In this document: piece after piece, positions 1 through 11,543 of the stretch
Layout: every line of letters starts with the position of its first letter
Numbering within the stretch: the first letter of the stretch is position 1
Notes under the pieces: generated by a model
Database searches by the model: none
Told to the model about the DNA's origin: nothing
What the model saw: the letters and a program-made list of their open reading frames with translations, nothing else
Source: Trichinella spiralis
Taxonomy: Eukaryota
Direction of reading: 5' to 3'
Assembly (NCBI RefSeq): GCF_000181795.1
Contig: NW_003526943.1
Coordinates: forward strand, 312,487-376,486
DNA: 64,000 nt
Position numbers and translations under genes: made by a program

Positions 1-3000
1 TGATGGGAATTTTAGCAATAGTGCAAGGTGTAAACGCAATTCAGGTAAAAGTTCTTCAGTTTTATTAATTTTTTCACAGATTTTTTTAGGAAAAGGAAAT
101 AATGTTTCTTCAGTTTTCGGTGGAAAATTTATTGCAAATTCGATCGCAATTTCTTCAGTTTGAAGCACTATGTTTGCAAGCTTTCTCTCTAATTTTGCAG
201 AAGGTATGTAATGTTGAATAAATCGGAATTTGATTTTATTTGGTATTTTGAACATGTAGAGCACTTTGAAAAGTTTCAAGAGAGAAATTTGGCCTCGAAT
301 TAAGTGCACTGTGGTGGATGATTTTGATGATGAAAATCCATTCTGCATTTGGTTGCTTTTCAGTGTAAGCGAACGGTTTCCAGAATTTGCAACCAAGCAT
401 TTACCTGCAACTTCTGAAGCGTACTTCAGTGACGAATGTTACTCGAAAATGTTGAACGCAATGCGCGTAACTGATTTCAATATTGCTTTTCTTTCAGCTT
501 GGAAATTGATGGCGTGTATTTTAGAAATATGCCTCTTTGCATGATGTGCTTCATCCTTTTAGTGCTACTGTTCTTCAAACGGCTATGAAGAGTACAAAGT
601 TTCAATCTTTCTGGAAAACTGTCATAAATGGTGGTATGTGATATTATTTGTTGTTATTTTTCAGTAATGTTAATGAGTGTAAAATTTGATAAGCTGTTTT
701 AATGCGAATCAATAAAACAACTTAGAATATTTAATGTTTGAAGATTAACGCTTAATAATAAAGTGAACAACGAGATTTTTGCGCTTAAATTTGCACATGC
801 TGAACACAAGTTATCAGCATTTGACAAACGAACTGCTCTAGGACTGCTCAATAATTTGGAAGACAAGAAGTCGGTTGTTTGCGGTTTGCAGCTAATTATG
901 AATTTTCTGAATGGAAATCTTCATCCTGAAATGGTAGTCGTTGTGTAAATTTGAATAGAGAGCAGTTTTATTTGCTTTATTTTTTTGACTTTAGATTTTT
1001 TCTGTGTTTACTGTAAATCTGTTGCAATTTGTTTGGAAAATTTCTGAGGTTGGATCGGAAGGGAACAAAATTTTAGCCCAGACAAGTGTTGCTATATTGA
1101 AGAAGCTTTTCCATAATGTGGAAGCATGCGGCAGTGAATGGCAAATTGAACTGCTTGAACGTGTAGCATTGGTTTATTTTGAAAGTGGACGCAGAAGTCG
1201 AAATTGGCGGCACCTGGTTCCGTTGTGCAATAATTATTCGGAAATGGCAATATTGTCGTGCTTCAAATTTATGGAAAAGCTCACGATGAGAAGCAGACGT
1301 GAGCAGCTTATTGCCAACCAGCAGAAGATGCTGTTGTTTGTAAAATTGTTTTTTCAAAGCAACGAGAGCAGCTGTGAAATTGGTCAGCACGTTTTGACTT
1401 ATCTGTTGTCAGTTATGCGAACGTGTGAATTGGAAGCTGCAGTGCAAGAAAGTGCAGCTTGTTTGAAAGCTCAAACAAGCGCTGTGTTTTTCAGTCTGCT
1501 CAATGATCGCTTCTTCAAATCCACCGTCCGAAGGCAACCGACAATTGCAAAAGAGCACTGTGTGGTATTTTTGAATTTATTAAAATTTGTCAACGATGAA
1601 TGGATTCGAAAAAGTTGTGCCAAAAGCGAAAATTCCGACCTCTACCAGTCAATATTGAACGAGGGGAAATTGACCACTGGTCAGTTGTGCAATGCATTTT
1701 TGCACAAATCTGACGACAAGATCGAATTCGCCGCTCCATTTTTGGCACTTCTGCTGGTGTTGTTGTTGCGTTCAGTTGTCGAACCGCTCGAATATTGTGA
1801 CATACTTGAAGTATGCTTTCATTTATTATTATTTTTTTTATTAATAAATTATGATAATTTTTATTTTTCATCCAAAGGATGTTCTGATATGTTACAATCG
1901 TTGCAATGGTATTGTTGAAAAAGACGAAGATGAAGCGAACGACTCTTGGTTGAGCGTTTTGACTGATTTATTTTTGGAATTATTGGCAAAACCGAAACGG
2001 GACTTTTGGAATGTAGTTCTATTTGCATTTACCAGCTTTGCTCCAGTTATTGGGATGAATCAGATAGATTATATTTTTCAGGTTTTATTTTTAAAGCATT
2101 TAATGTTAATGTTGTTGTTGTTGTTCAATGACCACTTTCAGGTGATTTCTTCCGATGACACGGCTATTTTGAGCTGGATGAATGAAGAGGATGAAAATTT
2201 GGAAATTTCTTGCTATAGTCACGCTGGAACAAACAGTGAAGATTTGGACGATGCGAATGCATCGGAAGAACAAGATTGGACCAATGGTGTAGACGAGAAG
2301 AGCAACGACGATGAAAATGATTTTGTGAATTTTGAATTTGAAAAAAGTTTTCTTTATATTTATTTAAATTTGTTCATGGTTGCGCAGGATATCAACGTTT
2401 CTGATATGGATGAAGAAGAAGAAAAGATGGCCGACGAATTGCTTCAAAAATTGCTTTTCAAGAGGAAAGAAGCGAAATTGGAACAATGTCAGAGGACCCT
2501 TCGTTTGAAGGTGCTTCGGATGCGCTGTTTCGACTTGCTCCACGCGTACGTTGTCTATGGCCAGGATGTTGTCGTTTTGGCGGTATGGTGTCTTGTTCGT
2601 AAAATTGTCAAGATGGAAGCTGCTTCTTCAGGTCACAATTTCCTTTCTTTTTTGTTTTTTTAGCAAATGGCTGTAAAATTATTCGATTTTATTATTATGG
2701 CTTCTGTCAATTTTCGTCGACAGACCGATTTGTTGAACAGTGCCCGTGGGATATTGTTCACTTTGAAAAAGTGGAAGAAGTTCAAGTCGATTTCTGAAGG
2801 ACCGGAAGTTGCGGATACTATTTTGCATGCTTTGGAGCACGTGCAACTGTATCTGTCCGAGACTGAGGGAAAAGCGCTGGTCAGTGATGTTGAACTGGTG
2901 TTGAAGTTCCTTTTCAAAATCGGAGACAAACTGGACGAAACCACCGTTAAAGAAGTCAGTTACTTTGTCGATCACTCATTTGTTCTGTTATACGTGAAGT

Positions 3001-4051
3001 CAACAATTTTGCAAAATGTTCAGCATAAAAATATCACTATTTTCTAGCGGTACGAATCCGGCATAGCATCTCTGCTTGGAAAAGCTGTCGATTTGTATTG
3101 CAAAATGCCCTTTGGTAGAATTGACATACTGTTGTCAGTGGCTCTTCACAAACGAACGGTAAAATGGTGCTTAATTGCGTTTTTATTTTATACAGTTTTC
3201 ACTTATTGATATTTTTCACAGACTTTGTTGTTTGACATTTTGCCGAACGTTGTTCAACATGCTTTCGACAAAAACATACACGAAGCTGCTAGAGCGAAAT
3301 GTTTGGCGTTGTGTAAGGATTCTTTGACAAAGAAAGCAGTAAGCGGTTTTCTTTTTTTTCAGCTTTCGTTCAGTTGATGCTCATGAGAAGCGTATTGTTC
3401 AAATTGATTTTTAAAACAGTAATGACGAGTAATGAGCAGATGGGAGATCGATAATGTTTGCTTGATTATTAATATTTTGAGTTTCATAAAATACAGTTGA
3501 GCGAACAGTGTGCTGTTGTTTGAAACGATGAACATTTAGATTGTTTCGGTCAAATTTTGGTTAATTACAAAAAAATTTTTTTTATTGCTTAGATTACACT
3601 GTTTTCCAAGAAAGAACGTTTGATAACTTGGCCGAAATTTTGTCAAACTTTAAAAGAACAATTTGGAATATGGCATGATGAAATTTTTTCGACGTCTGCG
3701 CAAGATGAAAATAAGTCTGCAATGAAAAAGAACATTCTTTCGCCAGTGTATTTTGCGGAACTGATAGCGTTGCTTTTGAAAATAGTGAAATTGAAAGGCT
3801 TTGTCCAGTTGAGCATGTTTGCTGATGAGGTATTTTTAACAAAGCTACGCCACCTTTATCGCCCCAAAATTTGGAAGATATGCCCGGCTTATAAGCTTTC
3901 GGTTCATCTGCGCAGTCTCAATATTTCCGAAGAGCCACACAAAATTCTTGCAGATATACATCGGCGATTTCGATTAGAACTAACAAAAAGCATGACGATG
4001 AATTCAAAAGTGATCAGTGAAATTCCATCAAAAAAACCAAAATTAGCGTGA
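1..4051 (+). CDS. Myb-binding protein 1A / yeast Pol5 (DNA pol phi) family nucleolar protein, multi-exon, 5' end outside window
   Basis: Helical-repeat-like exons joined by GT-AG introns. The segment WLSVLTDLFLELL...acidic tract...DMDEEEEKMADELLQKLLF...LRMRCFDLL follows the MYBBP1A/Pol5 pattern (W-x-x-VLxD, acidic spacer, DMDDEEM..LD..L, F..R.LDL). Ends in a basic NLS-like PSKKPKLA* at 4051. Confidence 0.7.
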
Positions 4052-4692
4052 AATTTTCAAAAAAACATAGCATTAATGCTGTTGTTTGTCGTTATTCATT
4101 GTCAAGAGTAGATTAATCATTAAACAGCATTGTATGTATAGCTAAGATTGTTTTAATGTTTGGTTCGGTTGTATTGCAAGAGAAAAAGTAAAAACGAATA
4201 TATCATTTGAGGTTTGAAGTTCTGGTTCTGTTTTGCTGGGCAGAAACGAAGTAATACCAAAATGAAGAAAAGAAATTGAATCGAAATTAATGTGCATTAA
4301 TACAACAGTGCAAAAAATCAGCGATGGCATGAAGCGTCGCAAGTTCAACATGTACTGAGATGTTTGCAGTTTCTACTGGCTTAAAAGAATGCTCCAAATG
4401 TTCAAAACATTTTCAAAACAATAAATTGCATGTGTACAATTCAGTTCAAAAAATAACTGTTTTTTAATGTTAATAATACTTTAATATAATTATATTAATA
4501 TGCAAAAATAATACTTTAAACGTTTTCACAAGTGAATAATGCACAGGGCACATTGTTTAAAGTACACTAAAACTGGAGTTTAAAGCCCTTTAAACATTTG
4601 TAATGAGGCAAATAAAAATAGCGCTGTGTTCTCAAAGCTTGTTCAGTGTTGTCAACGTTTTCATCCAGTTCGTTGGCTTTTGACGATCTGCA

Positions 4693-5846
4693 ATGGAAAA
4701 CCCATCTCAACCGAAAAAAGAAACGCAATCAAGCTCGAATCAAGCGAAGCTGAAAAAAACAGTAAAGTCGGTTACTCAGCCTAGCGGACTAACCAAAGAC
4801 GATTCCATCGATGCAACTATGTCGGCAATGACGAACGTTGCCGGTTATTCTATGTTGTATTCAATGGCTCCTGATGCGAAGAATAAGCAGCAGGAAATTG
4901 CCGCAAAAGCGCAGACGGTACAACATTTACCAGCAGCGCAAACAGAGGAAAGTCCAGTACAGAGCAAGCCTCAGTCTACAATTACAAAGCCTACCAAGAC
5001 AGCAACACCACCAAAGCAGCAAACTGATGTCAGTAGCGTTCATCCTACTGTGTCAGAAATGACAAACGCTGGCGGTTACACAATGATGTATTCAATGGCA
5101 CCTGATGATGATCAGCCGAAGGTGCCCGCAACTGATGAACAGAAAATACAAACCCTGCCAACAGCGGATCAAATTGATAAACAAGCACATACTGCTATAC
5201 CCCAGCCTGAATCTAAAATGGAACCAAAATCTGCGAAAGATCTAAAATCAGTAACACCACCAAGGAAGGAAGCAGATGTCACTTCTGTAGACCCTACTAT
5301 GTCAGCAATGACAAATGTCGGCGGTTACACAATGATGTATTCAATGGCACCTGATGGTGCTCAACCGAAGCTCCCCGCAACTGATGAGCAGAAATTGCAA
5401 ACTGTACCAGCAGCAGATCAAGTAGATAATAGGGCATTGACTGCCATACCTGAGCCAGAACAGAATTTGACACCAAAATCTGCGAAAGATCTAAAATCAG
5501 TAACACCACCAAGCAAGGAAGCAGATGTCACTTCTGTAGATCCTACTCTGTCAGCAATGACAAACGTTGGCGGTTATTCAATGATGTATTCTATGGCACC
5601 GGATGAAAAAAAACCGATATCCCCGATAACAGATGAACAGAAAATGAAAGCTCTACCAACAGCAGCTCAAGTTGATAATAGGGCATTGACTGCCATACCT
5701 GAGCCAGAACAGAATTTGACACCAAAATCTGTGAAAGATCTAAAATCAGTAACACCACCAAGCAAGGAAGCAGATGTCACTTCTGTAGACCCTACTATAT
5801 CAGCAATGACAAATGTCGGCGGTTATTCAATGATGTATTCTATGGC
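4693..5846 (+). CDS. Tandem-repeat protein of unknown function (83-aa units), truncated by N gap
   Basis: ATG at 4693 and an open frame up to the gap. Five copies of (M/V/L/I)S(A/E)MTN(V/A)(G/A)GY(S/T)M(M/L)YSM. The ORF-track sequence beyond the Ns is not part of this protein. Confidence 0.8.
4819..5846 (+). repeat. Coding tandem repeat, 249-bp period
   Basis: Equivalent codons at 4819, 5050, 5299, 5548 and 5797 (spacings 231, 249, 249, 249). The later units are nearly identical. Confidence 0.95.
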
Positions 5847-5929
5847 NNNNNNNNNNNNNNNNNNNNNNNNNNNNNNNNNNNNNNNNNNNNNNNNNNNNNN
5901 NNNNNNNNNNNNNNNNNNNNNNNNNNNNN
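5847..5929. other. Assembly gap (83 N)
   Basis: Run of N. The left flank is a tandem repeat; the right flank is a G-run and indel-rich sequence. Confidence 1.
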
Positions 5930-5991
5930 GGGGGGGTGGAAAATTACTGGAGAAGCGAATTTGGAATATGCTAATTTCTGTGTTGTATAAC

Positions 5992-8900
5992 CGGTGTGAG
6001 TTCCTGTGTGGACGTTTCAGGTCGAAAAGTGTCGTTGAAGTCCTTTTCCCGCAGAATGTGCAAAAGGTAACGTTTAATTTTCTAGATGGCACTTGGCGTG
6101 ACGGGTTCAGAAGCCGTTGCAGTGGAAACTTTCTGAAAATTTTGAAAAATTAAGAGGAAAGTTTTTTTCAAGTGAAATTTTGAAAATGAATAGAAATAAT
6201 ATCGTTTGCCTTTTTGCAAACACGACATGTGAATATATGACCACCATCACTTTGAGGTGAATTGACTGTCGGCGGTTCTACACTGGAAGATGATAGAGTT
6301 TCACCGTATTTGATCAGCGGATTCTTTATACCATAACCTCCGTTGACCCATTCTACATCGATGTTGGTCAGATTTGTCTGGAACAATTTGATTATTAATG
6401 TTAAAGTGGTGAAGAGAGAGAGAGAGAGAAAGAGAGTTTCATCTTTTGCTACTTCAGGTAATGAGGGTCTTAAAATTGGCGATGATAGCTGAGGTAAAAT
6501 TGGTGTCTGCAAGGCGGCTACATTCATACAAAATGAACTGATCATTCCCAGTGGTAAATAGGGTGAACTGAGCAGATTTAAATTTGGATAACCAAACCAA
6601 AATGGATTCGATGGTGCAGAAAGTATTGTTGGTTGAGTTACATTTGATACGGGAGGCACAGGCACGGATGGTAACACTGATAAAAAACACTCCGGATTAT
6701 AACCATACACTGGGGATGGTCTGGTTAACTTGCTGTTCGAAGCAACGTTTTTCTTCACTTCTGAATGCAGCATGTCGGATGATTGTTTCACGTTGAATTT
6801 TTTCATTTCTAAAATTAACACTTTATTTTCAACTACATTGAATGAATATATGAATATTCAAATTTGATAATGAATAACATTTGGTTGAAGTTTTACATGT
6901 TTGCAGTTAATTTAATTTGAATTGGTTTCATTGCAAATTATTCACAAAGCATAATATATTACAAAGAATTCATTATATAATATATTACTTAAATATGTAA
7001 AAACAAAACGAAAAAAATTTTTTAAGTGACTACAAAAAATATTTTAATAATGCTTTGTTAAACAGATCGCTGTTTCATTACCGTGCTATGTAATGCAATA
7101 TGCAGTGGAATGCATATTCGGTTTGAAAGCTTTTTAGTTATAAAAAATAACCAATACTTGATATTCAAGCGGTATGACAGATAAAAATTTGCATTAATTA
7201 TTTCAAAATATCATCATTTTGTTAGAGCGTCATATCTTCTTGAATTATTAATTGGTATCTAAATATTTATATTAGTTATATTAGTCATTTATTTTAAAGA
7301 TCACAGACAATATTATTATTTCTTTTATTAAAATGAATGAATAAGTATTCAATATTTGCAAACATCTGATGTTATTGTTATTTTTGTATTTTTCGATGTA
7401 ATTGCGTTATTTTAAAGAAAAAATTTATTTAAAAAAATTTATCCTTATTGTACTTTTATATAATTTGTATTTTTTACTGACAATAAATTGAACCTATCAA
7501 TTCATTCTTGATGAATAATTTTTCAAAATTGCAATGCAATGAAAATGTGGAACTCTAACCTTGGTTGGTTGATCAACAGACTTCAAGGTCACAAATGACA
7601 GTTTAAAGCAGATGTTTTTTAAAAATTGAATAGAAATTTTTTGCAAAACACGTTCTCACTTAATTTATACTGGAACGCTTTATCTATTCTTTTAAATAAT
7701 ATTGCCAAGTTTTATTTGCATTTTTAATTAGTATTACTTTTAAAATTATAGTATCTTCATCTAAAAAATTTTCAAGTTGTCTCTTAAAGCTATTGTTAAA
7801 AGGAAAAAGTTTAATAATTTCAAAGCATATAAAAAGAGCATAACAGTTCATCAAAATTTAACAAAAAACTGATAAAAGTCATGCATAAATTTAAGATTTT
7901 AACTAAAATGAATAAATTTCAATATTTTAGTTCAATGAGTGAATTGGCAGCATAAAAGAAACAGCAAAAATTGTTATAAGTTATAAGAATAAGTATAGTA
8001 AATAATAATGCTCAATTTTTATTTGTACTCTCAATAAGAATAACGTCTTAAAATTGTAGAAATGTCCATTTCACGGCTGAAAATTTATGAAAAAATACAT
8101 TTATGTCAAATTCTTGTATTTTGATTGCAGCACAATTTTTAAAACGGATACTGTTTAAATTTTATGCATACGCAGACATGCAAACACGTGGATTTTACTT
8201 TGTTATTCATTTTTTTAGAAAACACTGCTTTACCAAAAGGTTCATTTAATTTATAATAAAATTTTTATTTCAAGATCTGATAAAGATTTTATAAGTACAC
8301 AAAATTTGTATGTGCCTACTTAAAACTTTCTTCAAAGGATAAAGCAACTTATTCTGAAAACTGTTCGTTTTAAAATACAAGCTATTTTCAAGAATAGACA
8401 GTAGTTAATTTACTGGTACGAATAAGTTTTAATGTTGACATTTTCTTCCTTATTCAACACTTTAAACCTTTTATTGAAAAATGACGGTCATCATTCCGTT
8501 TATGACACTTTCGGCTATTGTATATTTAGATACAGTATGATGGCACATTTCATCAGGTTATCGTACTCAGTATAGCTTAAAAAAAGAGGGCAGCGGAAAC
8601 GGTTCGAATAGTGATCAAGCATCATTGAATACCTAATTGTGAGGAACAAAACAAGATAATTATGATTTTGAAATCTTAAATGTTAAAATAATCAGATTTT
8701 GATTACATAAACATTCTTCTTAAACTGTATGTGAAACGTTAAAGAATGCTATTTCTGGACGAAATAGTTTACATTTTTAAACAATACAATTTTAAAATCA
8801 CCTCTTTACTTTTTGGGAAGCCTTTCAGAAACAATAAGTTATTGCTTATTATGTCTCAAAAAATTAAAATAATATTAACAGACGTGATAATTATTATTTT

Positions 8901-11543
8901 TGATAAACTTTAAATAATTAATATGATATATTATAAAAAGTATATTCAGCACTTGTAAAATCATTTACTTAATTAGATATGAAATCTTTTTATTTTTATC
9001 TATATTATAGCAATAAACTTATTTTAAAAAAATTTGCAATTTATGAAACTACTTTATTAAACATTATCATACCAAAGTCCATATAATTAATACATATGAT
9101 CATAATACTTATCTGAAGTATTAAATCTATCTTCATAGATGATGAAATATAAGTATCTATTAAGGTTATAATTTTGTTATTCATGCATTTAATTTAATGC
9201 AGTTTTAGAACATATAAAATAAATTCAATGGAACTGTAGTGCGCTTTTTTATTGCATCGAATATAAGCAATGCATTAGGAAAGTTGTATATATGCATAAT
9301 TTAAAGCTATCAACAAGTTTTATTATTCAATGTTGTGCAATTGCATTTCTTCTCACACCCTCAGCGCGTAGGATTACAATTCTTATGTGAAGCACTTTCA
9401 TTACTTCCTTTATTAAACGTTTATTTTTAATTATTAACAACTTCACAGAGTTATATTTTGTATATATTTTTCATATCTATTCTTATGCTTAAAGTTCATT
9501 AACTTATAATTAACAAATAATTACACCCATATTTTATTTTTATGCTTAATATATGTATATTTTGTTAATTTTTTTTAAAATAATTTACTGTTATATAAAT
9601 AGAGGTGATTAAAATATCCACATCTGTTCTATGAATTGTAGGCTGTATTGGAATGCGTTATTGCTGAACATTTATTTAGATAAACTTAGAATTACATGAA
9701 ATGCAACCAATGAGAAAGGCAGTAAATAATTTTTGGTAGAAATACATTTAAAGATTGCCACAGTGAAGAAAAGACAAATAGCATATAAATTTTTGGTTAT
9801 TTGGTCAATGAAATTATAACGGATTACATGTTAAAAACGGGTAAACAACAATTTAAAAATTGACGTTATTCACAAAGTTACTCACTGGACTTAATAACAG
9901 AATTCTGAGGCCTGTAATTGGCCATTGCCGATATGAATAAAATACATTGTGGGATGGTAGAAAGAGAAAATTATCTTTGTCTGTTGAATCAGTTGAACTA
10001 GTTTTGATGTTCAATTGAAGCACTTGAATTGAATTGTAACTTTCCTTTTATGATGAAGCTTCTTATTTTCATATATTATTCTTATCACTCTTACCATTTT
10101 CATAAAATAGTTTTGGAATATAATAATGCTTAATTTTGCTTAAAATTTTTCTCTCCAAGAGAAAGTAATAAAGAAAATATTATTTATGCTCCAATATGCT
10201 ACAAGATGATTTTACTTATATATATATATCACTTTAACCAAAATTTCAAATGTAATAACTGACATGAATGTCTGCCTATCTTTCATATTTGTAAAAAATT
10301 TATAAAAATGTTTGCATTACCTATATATATATACAAAAACTTTTACTTTATTTTTTCCTCAATCTATTCTGAACAATAAATTGAGTATGTTATTCATATG
10401 AAAACACTGGTGAAACTTATAAAAAATTTTTACAAAAAGCTAATCGCAAAAACAGCTACTATAGCAACATCCAATAAACTTATATTAATGTTTTTAAAAA
10501 GTTTAAAAGTCATAAATATTTTGTTTTTGAAGTGAAAAGTTTCATCAAATGCTTCATTACATTTATATCCAGTAAGATTTTCAACTTATTCTTAATTGAA
10601 GTAAAATAAATAATCAAAGTTCTTACATGAATCTTTTGTGTTGTTTCAAATTGATGCTATTATATTTTATTTTTTTTAGTCAATAAATTTTATCTTAATT
10701 TTAAGCAATAATTACAATGGGCATTCATCTATAGGAAAAGCTTTTGCAGTTTGTGTGATTGCAATTACATTCAACCTTTGTCTTCCAAATATGATTTCAA
10801 AAAGCGATTGATGCAATTTAAGCTTCTGAAATATTTGCAAAAAGTAAATGCAAATTTCTAATTAATGATAAATTTTAGTATGCAAAATATATCTGACATC
10901 AGTCCTAAATCCTGAAGATCCAAAAAGTTGGATTTATTTTTGTTAACTCAAAATACAATAAAAATTTGTTTCAAATACAATTTATTCATATACTTAGACG
11001 TTGACCAAATTTATTGCAAAATAAGAAGCATTTTAAATTCATTTCATACCAATGGATATATCAGAAAGGTTTTGACAATCATAAATTTTAATAAATACAC
11101 TGATAAAGAAGAGCAATAATGAAAAAAAATAATAAGAATATAGAATTAAAGGTATTTGATGTTATGATGGGAAGGTTATATGCTTTAAATAGTAATGAAT
11201 TTATAATTATAGCTGATTTCTTGATAAAAAAAATGACCCGATTATTGAGCATTAATAGTGTTGCTTATAAAAATTTTTTTAATTAAAAAAAGCATTTTTA
11301 ACTATGAGATAAATCATTTTGAGCATTATTTAAAATTTTTCAAACGTCTAAAATAACAGAACTATCCCTTCGTAAATATTATTTTATATATTTGTGAAAG
11401 TTAAAGAAACTGAAGATATTTGTATGGAAAAATTAGTTATACATACATTAATTTATTTGAAATATGCTTAATAAATTTGCAAAATAAGTTTAATATTAAA
11501 AAGACACTAGTTACAACTTACCGAAAATATCAGATGGTTGCAT
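5992..11543 (-). CDS. lin-48: Ovo/shavenbaby/LIN-48 family C2H2 zinc-finger transcription factor, 3' end lost in gap
   Basis: Proposed exon 1 is 11543-11522 (MQPSDIF+G|gtaagt), which splices in phase to 6808 (E-MKKF). Contains the Ovo motif VEWVNGGYGIKNPL and FTCRVCKK. Exon 6132-5992 reads KFPLQRLLNRHAKCH..KRYLCTFCGK.FNDTFDLKRHTRTHTG only after several 1-bp indels are corrected. Exon 1 is less certain than the family call. Confidence 0.85.

Noticed and set aside
5023..5846. Regularly spaced repeats as a CRISPR-like array
   Set aside because: Whole 249-bp units repeat in frame with no unique spacers; eukaryotic context and no cas genes.
5930..6153. C-terminal part of the 486-aa ORF after the Ns
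   Set aside because: Artefact of reading through the gap; this is the antisense of the ovo zinc-finger exon.
8570..8615. tRNA-like TAGCTTAA...GGTTCGAAT boxes
   Set aside because: No T-stem, acceptor stem or anticodon arm can be formed.
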